DNA of 64,000 nt from Candidatus Omnitrophota bacterium. GTDB taxonomy: Bacteria; Omnitrophota; Gorgyraeia; DTHP01. Shown here piece by piece: positions 18,701 to 27,889 of the stretch. The notes beneath the pieces were generated by a model. That model made no database searches. It worked only from the letters and a program-made list of their open reading frames with translations, and had not been told where the DNA came from. The translations under genes and the position numbers were made by a program. Numbering within the stretch: position 1 is the stretch's first letter; every line of letters starts with the position of its first letter. The stretch is from contig JAMWCW010000002.1 of the NCBI GenBank assembly GCA_023819145.1, positions 75,231 to 139,230 on the forward strand, in the 5' to 3' direction.

Positions 18701-21085
18701 TTATGGAATATAAAACTCTACCTTCTCCTTCTCAAAAATATAACAGATCTCTGTTGGGGACTCGTTTAACATCTTCCCAATCTCCTTCTCCAATCTTTCT
18801 CTTTCTTCTTTATTCACCAATATAATTTTTAAATTTTGCTTTTTATTTTGATATTTGATATTTATCTGGCGCTTTCCTTTCTTCTTTATCTCAAATTCTC
18901 CCAGCTTTATATATTTTCTCCCCCACCTTCCCATCCCCCAATTTCCTACTAAAGCTATTTCCTTTCCATCCACTTTAATCTCCAACTCCGGAATATCATC
19001 CATTTCAGGGGTATTCACATAGAACTCATAAACTCCCGGTTTTTCTATTTTAACCTTGCTTTTTTTACTCTCTAACTCACTAACCTGCAAACCCGCCATC
19101 TCAACTGCCAAATCCTGCCAGTTTGAATCTTTAAATACAAAATTATTTATCTTCTCTAAATTTTGATTTTTGATATTTGAATTTTGATTTTGCTCTGAAA
19201 AGAGCAATGCCGGCTTTCCCTCTAAGTATTTTGTCTGGCTAAGTGGCACAAGTGCTTCGATATCACCGGAAACAAAATTAGGAGTAGAGGGGATGTAGAA
19301 GTGGGGAAGAAAAGCTTTAGAGTCTAATTGGTATAATTCTATTTTCCCGAAATTTTTAACCTTTTTCATAAAAGGACTTTTGTCTACAAACCCATAAATC
19401 TTCTCTTCACTTAACTGTGCAAATGCCGGATTGGATCGACAGAGATATGCCCAATCAGTGTCATCATGGAATGTGACATAGCGCACATTTGCTATTTGCA
19501 GTAATGCTCTCCAAGTATCTTGCGATATAATGTTTGATTGTGGATGCATAGCGGAATCAAATAAAGGATTGACTCCACTACTTCCAGGATAAACGGGATT
19601 GAAAGTAGGTTTTCCAGACCAAATATTTAAAAAAGGCGAACCTACGAATAGCTTCTGCCAACGATAGGCTACATACATACTCTGTCGAGTAAATGTAGGG
19701 ATAGAGAGAATCCGGAAGTCTTCATCATCGTCATGCAAATACTGAGCAAACTCTGTATAGCAAAGTGGCACCTTTACAGATTGTGAACAACTATCTTTTG
19801 ACTGTGATCTGATAGGACCACCAATAAGAAATTGCCATCCGTACATAACTAAAAGGGTTGTAACGGTTATCACTGCAATAGTTAAATGTTTCCAAGATTT
19901 AGTGGAAGCTATTCGCATGATCTCCCCAATGGCAAGACCAATAAGCAAGGTTAAGGCAAATACCGCTATGGTCTCAAAGTAAGTCGGATTGCGAAATAGG
20001 CGCGTTACATAAGGATGAGATAAAAATATAATTTTACCAACTGCACTAAGCGGTTCCCTAATCCCCTTGCCAAGAAATAGAATTATGACTAAAAGCACTC
20101 CTGGAAATATAGCAGTGCATCTTGTCTTACAACTCAGAAGAGCAAATGCAGAAATTGCTACGAAACCAAAAGTAATCAAAGTCATAAGAGGAGCATAGTA
20201 ATATGCAACCCAGGGAAATATACTCGCGTGGGCAGGATATGGTAGCATTCTAAAACCATCAATGAGTTTAACACTTAAACCTTCTATTACACCCACATCT
20301 GTAAAGCCTGGTTCGGCACGGAGCACATATGCCTCGTGTAAACTGAATAATAAATGACCCAGCCAGTAGAAATTAGCAAGAAACATGATAATGAACAGCG
20401 TAAGTGATTTGCGAACCACCTTAACACGGGCGTCCCGATTTGACCACGCCAGAGCAATCGAAGAAATAACATAGCTACCAATGAGTATTAGGTGAAGTAC
20501 AAAATATTGTAAAGTAGAATAACCCGCTGAACCCAAAAAAAGTGATACTATCCCAAAAATAGCCAGCTCTCGTTTGCTAGAATGGGGGCGCATTGCACGT
20601 ACAACTAAACTAAACAAAAAAGGAGTAGCAACATAAAAGGGCAATACGCGCAAGTTAGTAATTTCTAGAGGCATCCCAGACATTACCATTGGACTCAGAA
20701 GATAAAATGCACCAGAAATTAAAGAGGCAATTGGGGTAAAACCAAGGGTTCTTGCGAGGATAAACATGCTACCCATACAACCAACGAAACCAAAATAAAG
20801 AAATAAAACTTGCCCACCATGGCTGCTACCGCCAATAGCTACTGCCAGCGCCTTATACGCACGGTATAAAAAACAGGAAGGTTCAGTATTCGAATTGCCA
20901 AACCCAGCTATGTTAACCCAAGCAAATAAATACCTAGTTGCATTCTCCCATAATGCAGAAACATTAAACCAGGGCTGGATTATACCATGGGCTAAGACTT
21001 CGCCGCGCGGAAGCCAAAATAGACTCGGAATAGGCAATACAAATATAGCAAGAATAGCCAAAAAATTTTTATTTAGCTTTTTCAC
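18701..21085 (-). CDS. Large polytopic GT-C-like protein (DUF3367/AftD arabinofuranosyltransferase-like)
   Basis: N-terminal multi-TM domain with FY..SP, LGKG..EPL, FRNP, FRILSIP, NVRYVTFH.D and FLPHFY motifs; GTG start. Confidence 0.6.
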   Translation of the reverse strand: MKKLNKNFLAILAIFVLPIPSLFWLPRGEVLAHGIIQPWFNVSALWENATRYLFAWVNIAGFGNSNTEPSCFLYRAYKALAVAIGGSSHGGQVLFLYFGFVGCMGSMFILARTLGFTPIASLISGAFYLLSPMVMSGMPLEITNLRVLPFYVATPFLFSLVVRAMRPHSSKRELAIFGIVSLFLGSAGYSTLQYFVLHLILIGSYVISSIALAWSNRDARVKVVRKSLTLFIIMFLANFYWLGHLLFSLHEAYVLRAEPGFTDVGVIEGLSVKLIDGFRMLPYPAHASIFPWVAYYYAPLMTLITFGFVAISAFALLSCKTRCTAIFPGVLLVIILFLGKGIREPLSAVGKIIFLSHPYVTRLFRNPTYFETIAVFALTLLIGLAIGEIMRIASTKSWKHLTIAVITVTTLLVMYGWQFLIGGPIRSQSKDSCSQSVKVPLCYTEFAQYLHDDDEDFRILSIPTFTRQSMYVAYRWQKLFVGSPFLNIWSGKPTFNPVYPGSSGVNPLFDSAMHPQSNIISQDTWRALLQIANVRYVTFHDDTDWAYLCRSNPAFAQLSEEKIYGFVDKSPFMKKVKNFGKIELYQLDSKAFLPHFYIPSTPNFVSGDIEALVPLSQTKYLEGKPALLFSEQNQNSNIKNQNLEKINNFVFKDSNWQDLAVEMAGLQVSELESKKSKVKIEKPGVYEFYVNTPEMDDIPELEIKVDGKEIALVGNWGMGRWGRKYIKLGEFEIKKKGKRQINIKYQNKKQNLKIILVNKEERERLEKEIGKMLNESPTEICYIFEKEKVEFYIP

Positions 21086-21112
21086 GCTTATTCTTTGTTT
21101 GTTTTTTAAAAA

Positions 21113-21856
21113 TTATGACAACCTATCTCTTCCAAAAAATCTTGACAAATGATTTCTAAGTGCGACAAAAATTTTTATCCCAAATCCTAAATGAGACAGT
21201 TTACCTTTAATTTGAATTTTTAAAACTATGATTTTCATAAAGTCTGATTTCAGGAACAGCTTCTCGTAAAACCGACAAGAATAGACAGTTTCCTTTGGAG
21301 AAAGGTATTTAGTGTTTCTAAAAACAGCTCTGTATATTTTTCCGATTCTATGGCTTATCCATAAAATGGGGTTAGAGCCATTTGGTTCGATAGCGATTAT
21401 ATATCCTTCTGACTTCAGCCATCTCCATGAGTTTTTTACAAATATTTCTAACTCACTTTTATATAAATGGTGTAATATGAAAGGACAAATAATTATATCA
21501 AAGGTTTCGTTTTCAAATAGGTTTTGGTTTATAATATTGTCATGAATTGCAACGTAGTTTTTCGGCTTAAGTAATCTCAGGTAACCAATTAGATTGTTTG
21601 AAATATCAACACCAGTAATTGTGATTTTTTGTTTCAGGTGAGCGAGGATTTTCCTGCCAAATATACCTGTCCCGCAACCTGCTTCAAGTATTTGTAAGTT
21701 ATCTAAACGATTCTTTTCAATTATCTCTGATTTTACTATCTCCAAAAAATTATTATAGTCTGTTTCTGTCAAAACATTATATTCTCCGCTAGAAATGTTA
21801 TTAAAGAATTTTGCCTCCCGACTACTACTATCTGCAATATTTTTCTCAGAAAACAA
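21113..21856 (-). CDS. Class I SAM-dependent methyltransferase
   Basis: ILEAGCGTG, ILHHL and IEPN..NP motifs; TTG start with SD AAAGGAG. Confidence 0.8.
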   Translation of the reverse strand: MFSEKNIADSSSREAKFFNNISSGEYNVLTETDYNNFLEIVKSEIIEKNRLDNLQILEAGCGTGIFGRKILAHLKQKITITGVDISNNLIGYLRLLKPKNYVAIHDNIINQNLFENETFDIIICPFILHHLYKSELEIFVKNSWRWLKSEGYIIAIEPNGSNPILWISHRIGKIYRAVFRNTKYLSPKETVYSCRFYEKLFLKSDFMKIIVLKIQIKGKLSHLGFGIKIFVALRNHLSRFFGRDRLS

Positions 21857-22019
21857 GATATTCTCCTTTCTTAGTTAAGAAATCCCTTTGCGTATGCATA
21901 AAGATTTTAATAGCCTCACATTGCGTAATGAATGTGTTTGTAAACTTTTTATTTTACTTGCCAATTCTGTTCTTATTTTATTCTTAGGATATAAATATGC
22001 ACCCTGAATCTTTCATCTC

Positions 22020-22430
22020 TGAAAACCTACTCCTTTTTAATCACTTTAATTGGTTTAACCATTCAACTCTTCGTCCTTATTAGGACAAGGTCTATTGATT
22101 CGACCCCGGGCTTCCCAATCATTTTAACGAGCTCTCAAATATGGCCCAGAAAAAAATCTACTAGGCTTGCCTAGGAGTATATTTTTTGGATTTTAGGATT
22201 TGAAGTAATCATACATACTTTGTCTATCAAAGTGATTGAGCTTTTCCTCTTCTATGAAAGCACCTTCCTCATCAACCACTGCTACCTTTGAATACGTCTT
22301 GTGCTGACCGATAGCCATAAAATACTTAAATCTCCTTTTTTGGTTTAACTCTTCCATAGCTACTTCCTCCTTTCTCTTTCTGGGACTTTTTATTATTATG
22401 TCGGTTCTTTTTAGAGGAAGTAGGTTTTCA
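22020..22430 (-). mobile_element. Internally deleted IS110-family (IS1111-like) mini-element
   Basis: Perfect 12-bp inverted repeats TGAAAACCTACT (22020-22031) / AGTAGGTTTTCA (22419-22430) enclosing a truncated transposase 5' end and a structured non-coding segment. Confidence 0.75.
22193..22357 (-). pseudogene. IS110 transposase N-terminal remnant (54 aa)
   Basis: MEELNQKRRFKYFMAIGQHKTYSKVAVVDEEG resembles the DEDD N-terminus (GID.HK...VAVVD..G), with the first Asp apparently replaced by Gly; SD AGGAGG upstream. Confidence 0.7.
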
Positions 22431-22435
22431 TAATA

Positions 22436-23344
22436 TCATTTTATTATTCCTGATAAATACCCTTTAATATAACTTTTTACTAAATCACTTCTTCTATAAT
22501 ACAAAAAGATTAAACAATATTGAATTAAAAGAATATTGTTAAAAATCAATAGATATAATATAAAGCTTAGCTTACTTGCAAATTTCTTCATAAATAGTGT
22601 TCGATTCCTAGCTGCGTAGAAAACCTTATATGGGTTATCAAACCCTATCAAACCACGCAGACCTTTACTTATCTTTCGTAATGGTATATTATGATAAACT
22701 ACCGCGGTTGGACAAAACATGATTTTATACCCTGCTTTTCTTGCTCTCATTGCCCAATCAGACTCTTCATAACACACAACATAACTTGTGTCAAGTACTC
22801 CTATCTTTTCAATGACGCATTTTTTGACTAACCACACATTTGGGATGTGACCTACCTCTCGAATCCGATCATGTTGCCCCTTATCAATTTCACTAATACC
22901 AATATATCTCCCCCTACTAGTTAGCAAGCTTATTTCTGCCCCGGCATACCAAATCCGTTCCGGGTCATTGAAATAATACATTTTAGGTCCGACAAATCCT
23001 ATTTTCTCATCAGTTTCAGCCAATTTTACAAGCTCAGTTAAAAAATTCTTATCTACTATATTGTCGTTATCTACAAAGCACAGATATTCCCCTTTCGCGT
23101 GTCTTATACCCTCATTTCTTCCACCGGCAGCGCCAAGGTTTTGGCTAAGCTCCAAAATTTTAATGTTCTTAATATTAGAAAACTTTTCTTTTATAATATT
23201 TGCTGTATTATCCTGTGATGCATTATCAACAACTATAATTTCGAAATTAGGATAAGAAATATTGAGCAGTGAACTAATACATTCAAGAACTTCCTTTTCA
23301 CGATTGTAAGTTGGTATAATAATAGAAACTAACTTCTTTTCCAT
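22436..23344 (-). CDS. GT2 glycosyltransferase (rhamnosyltransferase-like)
   Basis: IPTYNR, VDNASQD, GRNEG, FVDND, YEESDW and ARNR motifs. Confidence 0.88.
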   Translation of the reverse strand: MEKKLVSIIIPTYNREKEVLECISSLLNISYPNFEIIVVDNASQDNTANIIKEKFSNIKNIKILELSQNLGAAGGRNEGIRHAKGEYLCFVDNDNIVDKNFLTELVKLAETDEKIGFVGPKMYYFNDPERIWYAGAEISLLTSRGRYIGISEIDKGQHDRIREVGHIPNVWLVKKCVIEKIGVLDTSYVVCYEESDWAMRARKAGYKIMFCPTAVVYHNIPLRKISKGLRGLIGFDNPYKVFYAARNRTLFMKKFASKLSFILYLLIFNNILLIQYCLIFLYYRRSDLVKSYIKGYLSGIIK

Positions 23345-24035
23345 TATGCTTTTTTTATTTTAATTGTTAAAAACGCCGCATGCCTCGGGTCTAACCTGCT
23401 TAAAAGGTTCGGCAAAGGATAATATCCTGCTCCTAATATTTTTTCTATCTTAAATCTTTTAATCTCAAAAATCTCCTTTAGCCCTTGATAAGCCAAAACT
23501 CTGATATGCTGCATTGATGGAAAAATAAGATTCTCTAAACGACGATAAGCAAGAGGATTCCCTGTACCCAATCTATCCCTTAAAATATTGGTCATTGAAA
23601 ATGGTTGCCAGCCAAAGAGTAATGAAAAAATATTATGCCAACTGGCTAAATTTTCTGTTGAGATCACTGCGTACCCCCCCGTCTCAATATACGATAAATC
23701 TCATCGACAAAGTTATCAGTATCAAAAAGATGCTCAATTAGTTGATTAGCAATCACCACATCAAATGAAGCATCATCAAATGGAATCTTTTTGTTCAGGT
23801 CAGCTTGTTTTACCTTAATTCCTTTTGCTTTTGCTACATTAGCCAACTCTTCGTCGATTTCAATTCCAAATATCTCTCTGACTCCAATCTTGGAAGCAGC
23901 TCGTAGTGTAAACTCACCATTACCACAACCACAGTCTAAGACAACTGCATTAGGATTGTATTCCAACACCGAGAGAACATTATTATAATTACTTCTTTCT
24001 CCTTTAAGCCAAATCTTCAATAAGAACCCTTTCAT
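23344..24035 (-). pseudogene. SAM-dependent methyltransferase split by a frameshift in a G7 tract (ORFs 23664-24035 and 23344-23667)
   Basis: First ORF ends ILRRGGTQ*; adding one G gives ILRRGGYAVISTENLASWHN, the usual contiguous motif. Confidence 0.85.
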
Positions 24036-24712
24036 TTGTTAGCCCTCACAAATAGAGTTACAAAACCATTATTATTTAAGTATTCCTCTTCTCTTTTTCT
24101 TTCAAACCAACTCTTGAAAGGGATTTCTCTTTTGAAACCCCACTTAAAGAAATAAAGCAAAATCATAGAAAATAATTCGTGAAAACCACCCCCATAATCT
24201 ATTTTTTTCAATTTTAATCCAGCCTCTGAGAAAATTTTTACAATACTATCCTTTGAATAATGCCTATGTCCAAGGTACCACGCAGGATCGAGTATCTTGG
24301 AGAATAACGAATTATTAGGAGTTGATATCACTAATTTCCCATCTGACTTTAAAACTCTTTTTATCTCACTTAAGGCAATTGTCTCTTTATTCTTAGGAAG
24401 GTGTTCTAAAACATCAAACATTGTGACAAGATCAAAATAATTTGTCCCAAATTGTGATAAATCCAATATGGAGGCTTTAAAAAATTTGGCTCTTTTGTCT
24501 TTCACTTGGGTCTTAACATTAACTAAATTATCCTCATTCGTATCTATCCCAATGATCTCTAAACAACCATTTTCAATTGCAAATTTTTCAAACCAACCAT
24601 TGTAACATCCAATATTAAGTATCTTCTTATCTTTTATATCCCCACAAAATTCCATACATTTCTTATGCCTACCAGTCAGTCTTTCCTCTATTGAATCTGA
24701 ATATTTTTTCAT
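24032..24712 (-). CDS. Class I SAM-dependent methyltransferase
   Basis: ILNIGCYNG, FDVLEHL and RVLKSDG.LVISTPN motifs. Confidence 0.85.
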   Translation of the reverse strand: MKKYSDSIEERLTGRHKKCMEFCGDIKDKKILNIGCYNGWFEKFAIENGCLEIIGIDTNEDNLVNVKTQVKDKRAKFFKASILDLSQFGTNYFDLVTMFDVLEHLPKNKETIALSEIKRVLKSDGKLVISTPNNSLFSKILDPAWYLGHRHYSKDSIVKIFSEAGLKLKKIDYGGGFHELFSMILLYFFKWGFKREIPFKSWFERKREEEYLNNNGFVTLFVRANK

Positions 24713-25518
24713 CTTCTAAGCAAGTATTGAATTCCAACCATAACTCTTAAAAAATACATATTTAATGCTAATATCGGATGGCTCAGAAATTTCTTCCACT
24801 TTTCATTTTCCGTGAACACTCCAAAATATCTATACCAAAAGCCTAATTGTTTTTTTATGACATGATCGCCTTCGCCCCATTTTTGGATATATTTATTGAA
24901 TGATTGGGCATAATAAGTTTTTTTATATAAATATTTTTTAAGATTAAACTCACCTTCATTATGATAAATTGTAGATTCTATGATGTTAACCTTACCAACT
25001 TTTCTAATTCTTCTGTCAAAATCCCAATCTTCTGGCCCAGTTAAATTTTCATCAAATCCACCAATTTCTAAGAATTTATCTCTACGCACAAATCTGACAC
25101 AATCGATACAGGTAGCATTATAAAAACTTCTCTCAAAATCCCTTACTTTAATCCAGAAACCTTTGCCAATTATTCTCTCTGGGATATACAATGCAACTAT
25201 GTCTTTCCTTTCACATTTCTCTACACATTCAGAAATAACATTTTTAGATAAAATCATATCGGCATCAAGATATAAAATATATTTTCCCTTTGCCTGTCTT
25301 ACTCCAAAATTCCTCTGTGCTGAGCGTTCCGGGCCATAATTATAGACTTTATCTGTATATTTTAAAGCAATCTCTTTTGTTTTATCGCTTGAATTATTAT
25401 CAACCACAATTATCTCTAATTTCTCCTGAGGATAGGTCTGAGCTTTAACTGATTTTAGACAATTATCAATATTTCTCTCTTCATTCTTAGTGGTAATAAT
25501 TACAGAAATATCGATCAT
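24709..25518 (-). CDS. GT2 glycosyltransferase
   Basis: TKNEE, VDNNSSDKT, QRNFG, LDADM and GGFDE...PEDWD motifs. Confidence 0.9.
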   Translation of the reverse strand: MIDISVIITTKNEERNIDNCLKSVKAQTYPQEKLEIIVVDNNSSDKTKEIALKYTDKVYNYGPERSAQRNFGVRQAKGKYILYLDADMILSKNVISECVEKCERKDIVALYIPERIIGKGFWIKVRDFERSFYNATCIDCVRFVRRDKFLEIGGFDENLTGPEDWDFDRRIRKVGKVNIIESTIYHNEGEFNLKKYLYKKTYYAQSFNKYIQKWGEGDHVIKKQLGFWYRYFGVFTENEKWKKFLSHPILALNMYFLRVMVGIQYLLRR

Positions 25519-26684
25519 TTTAATAAAATCTCATTTAAATCACGAATTGCTTCCCGAAAGTCAAATTGTTTGGCATAAATTCGGGCTTCTTCACTTGTAT
25601 TTTGATATAAATTCTTATCTTTTAAAAGTTCAATAATTTTATCGGAAAATTTATTCAGGTCAAAACAAGGAACTTTAAACATACCTTTTGTAAAATATAA
25701 CCTTAATGATTCCAAATCAAAACCAACTACAGGTAACCCCCAAGCCATAGCTTCTACCGTCGCCATCCCAAAGGTCTCATACAAGGAAGGCTGAACAAAA
25801 ACCTTAGAAATCTTGAAAACTTCGTATTTCTCTCTACCATCTTTAAAACCTAATAATTCAACACTATTCTGCAAGCACTTGGAAATAATTTTTTCTCTTA
25901 ATTTATCCTGCAATATTCCTGCACCAATAATTGCTAAGCGAGCTTTTGGTATTTTTTGGCATACTTTTCCCCATATATCTATTAATTGCAATACACCTTT
26001 CTGTGGATGCAATCTCCCTACGAAACACCCATCATAAATTTTTTTTTCAAAAGGGATGAATTGAGCAGCAGAAAAGTATCTTTCAGTTTCGTTTATATCT
26101 ACAACACCTTTAAAAACCATAATCTTATTAGCATCTCTTTTCCGATTAATAAAGCTTTTGATATAATCATAATTTGTAACTAAGACTATATCTGAAACAT
26201 TTTTTGTAATATAATATGAGATCAATTGACTCAACCAATAAAAAACACCAATAATAAAATACTTGCCTTTGTAAGGATTATTTTTTTGCCATGGTTTCGG
26301 AGCAAAGAGATAAAAGGCGGAAATCCATTTTATTTTTTTATTTTTAATTTTGTTTATTAATGCGGGTAGGACATCGGGCAGAAAATCTGAAGAAGAAAAG
26401 ACTACCTCGTATTCGTATGTATTTAAAAAAATGCCTCTTATCACTGAAACGAGTGTTTTATAAATATAAGAGATACGGATATTTAATTTATCCAAAAAGA
26501 AGCTTCTCCATATTTCAAGATTGCTTTCTTTTATTCCACTATTTAAACAAAAGTTAAATCCCTTTTCATTAGTTACAATCAAAATTTTATTGTTATGATT
26601 CTGCCAATATTTACAGCATTTAACAAATATTTTATCTCCTCCACTTGCTACATTAAAAGTATTAGCAAAGACCAAAATTTTCAT
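25515..26684 (-). CDS. GT4 glycosyltransferase
   Basis: SGG, VGRLHPQKG and PSLYETFGMATVEAMAWGLPVV motifs. Confidence 0.9.
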   Translation of the reverse strand: MKILVFANTFNVASGGDKIFVKCCKYWQNHNNKILIVTNEKGFNFCLNSGIKESNLEIWRSFFLDKLNIRISYIYKTLVSVIRGIFLNTYEYEVVFSSSDFLPDVLPALINKIKNKKIKWISAFYLFAPKPWQKNNPYKGKYFIIGVFYWLSQLISYYITKNVSDIVLVTNYDYIKSFINRKRDANKIMVFKGVVDINETERYFSAAQFIPFEKKIYDGCFVGRLHPQKGVLQLIDIWGKVCQKIPKARLAIIGAGILQDKLREKIISKCLQNSVELLGFKDGREKYEVFKISKVFVQPSLYETFGMATVEAMAWGLPVVGFDLESLRLYFTKGMFKVPCFDLNKFSDKIIELLKDKNLYQNTSEEARIYAKQFDFREAIRDLNEILLK

Positions 26685-27713
26685 TTAATCTTTGGGTGGA
26701 ATATATACATCATGCTCATTACTAAAAATATATCCAAACATCAAACTTTTACCACCAATAACATGGATGCGATTGTTTAATGACACTGCTACTGCAGCGT
26801 AGCGACCTAAAGGCATATCTTTTCTACGGTACCAGCGGTCTTGTAATATTTTGTATTCATAAGTATGTCCGGAAATTGCCCAACCTTGTTCTCCTCCAAA
26901 AATAAAAATACTATCGTCTATCCCTACCGCAGGAAAACCGCATAAAGGTAATGGTAAAGGAGCGCGCTTTTCCCATTTACCAGTCATAGGATTATATGCC
27001 TCATTAATATCCAATGGCTCAAACATAGAGGTAATATATCCGCCTAAGGCAAATATTAATCCTCCTGCAGTGGTACTTGCTAAATGTTCTCGTGGCGTGG
27101 GTAGAGGTGGCAAAATCTCCCATTTATCTGTATGTGGATTATAAGCCTCGAACTCTTTTCTAACTTTTTTCTTCTTCCATCCGTGAGGAACGGCACCACC
27201 CATAACATAAATTAAATTGTCATGAACTGCTACCCCTGCTGCCCCTCTTTTAGTAGGCATATCTCTTTTTCTCCTCCAGATATATTCTTTTGGATTATAT
27301 TCAAATACATAACTATAAGCACTGATGCGTAATCCATTTCCTCCTAACACATAAATTTTACCATTTAAGCTTGCTACAGCAGGATGATGTATAATTACTG
27401 GGAAAGGAACAACTTCTCGCCAAGTGTCATTATCCACATTATAAACCTCAACCTTTCTGAGCACATTGTAAACGGTAGGAATACTTAATCCGCCTATTAC
27501 ATAAATCTCATTATTTAATACCGTAGCACCAAATTCATAACGCCATGAAGGTATAGGGGCGGCTTTCAGCCATTCATCATTAGATTCATCTATGTAATCT
27601 ATTCCTTTTTTTAAGCTTCTATCGGGTCTGAAAATAACCTCTCGAAGATAACTTTCCAAGGCGAAAGGAATCAGTTTAGGTTTTTTTATTAATAATTTTA
27701 AGGTGTTATTCAT
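26685..27713 (-). CDS. Kelch-repeat beta-propeller protein
   Basis: Six repeats of the IYV.GG ... E.Y.P...W ... P.P.PR pattern. Confidence 0.88.
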   Translation of the reverse strand: MNNTLKLLIKKPKLIPFALESYLREVIFRPDRSLKKGIDYIDESNDEWLKAAPIPSWRYEFGATVLNNEIYVIGGLSIPTVYNVLRKVEVYNVDNDTWREVVPFPVIIHHPAVASLNGKIYVLGGNGLRISAYSYVFEYNPKEYIWRRKRDMPTKRGAAGVAVHDNLIYVMGGAVPHGWKKKKVRKEFEAYNPHTDKWEILPPLPTPREHLASTTAGGLIFALGGYITSMFEPLDINEAYNPMTGKWEKRAPLPLPLCGFPAVGIDDSIFIFGGEQGWAISGHTYEYKILQDRWYRRKDMPLGRYAAVAVSLNNRIHVIGGKSLMFGYIFSNEHDVYIPPKD

Positions 27714-27781
27714 AATATCAAATCTCTTTTAAAATCAATGTTTCGTTTTCTCTTTTCAGAGATAATACAGAATAGATAAAA

Positions 27782-27859
27782 TTAATTTTGATTAAATATC
27801 CTTACAAAATTTGGTCCCCAGTGACCTAAACCGATAATTCCTAAGTTAATCTTTTTCAT
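27782..27859 (-). pseudogene. 25-aa N-terminal remnant of a Gfo/Idh/MocA oxidoreductase
   Basis: Manual translation MKKINLGIIGLGHWGPNFVRIFNQN* (GxGxWG.N..R signature). Confidence 0.7.
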
Positions 27860-27889
27860 ATATTTTTGGAGGTCTCATCTCCAATAGAT

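Noticed and set aside
21870-22016. Possible gene remnant (..YLYPKNKIRTELASKIK..) next to the IS mini-element
   Set aside because: Short, needs a frameshift after the ATG, and has no diagnostic motif.
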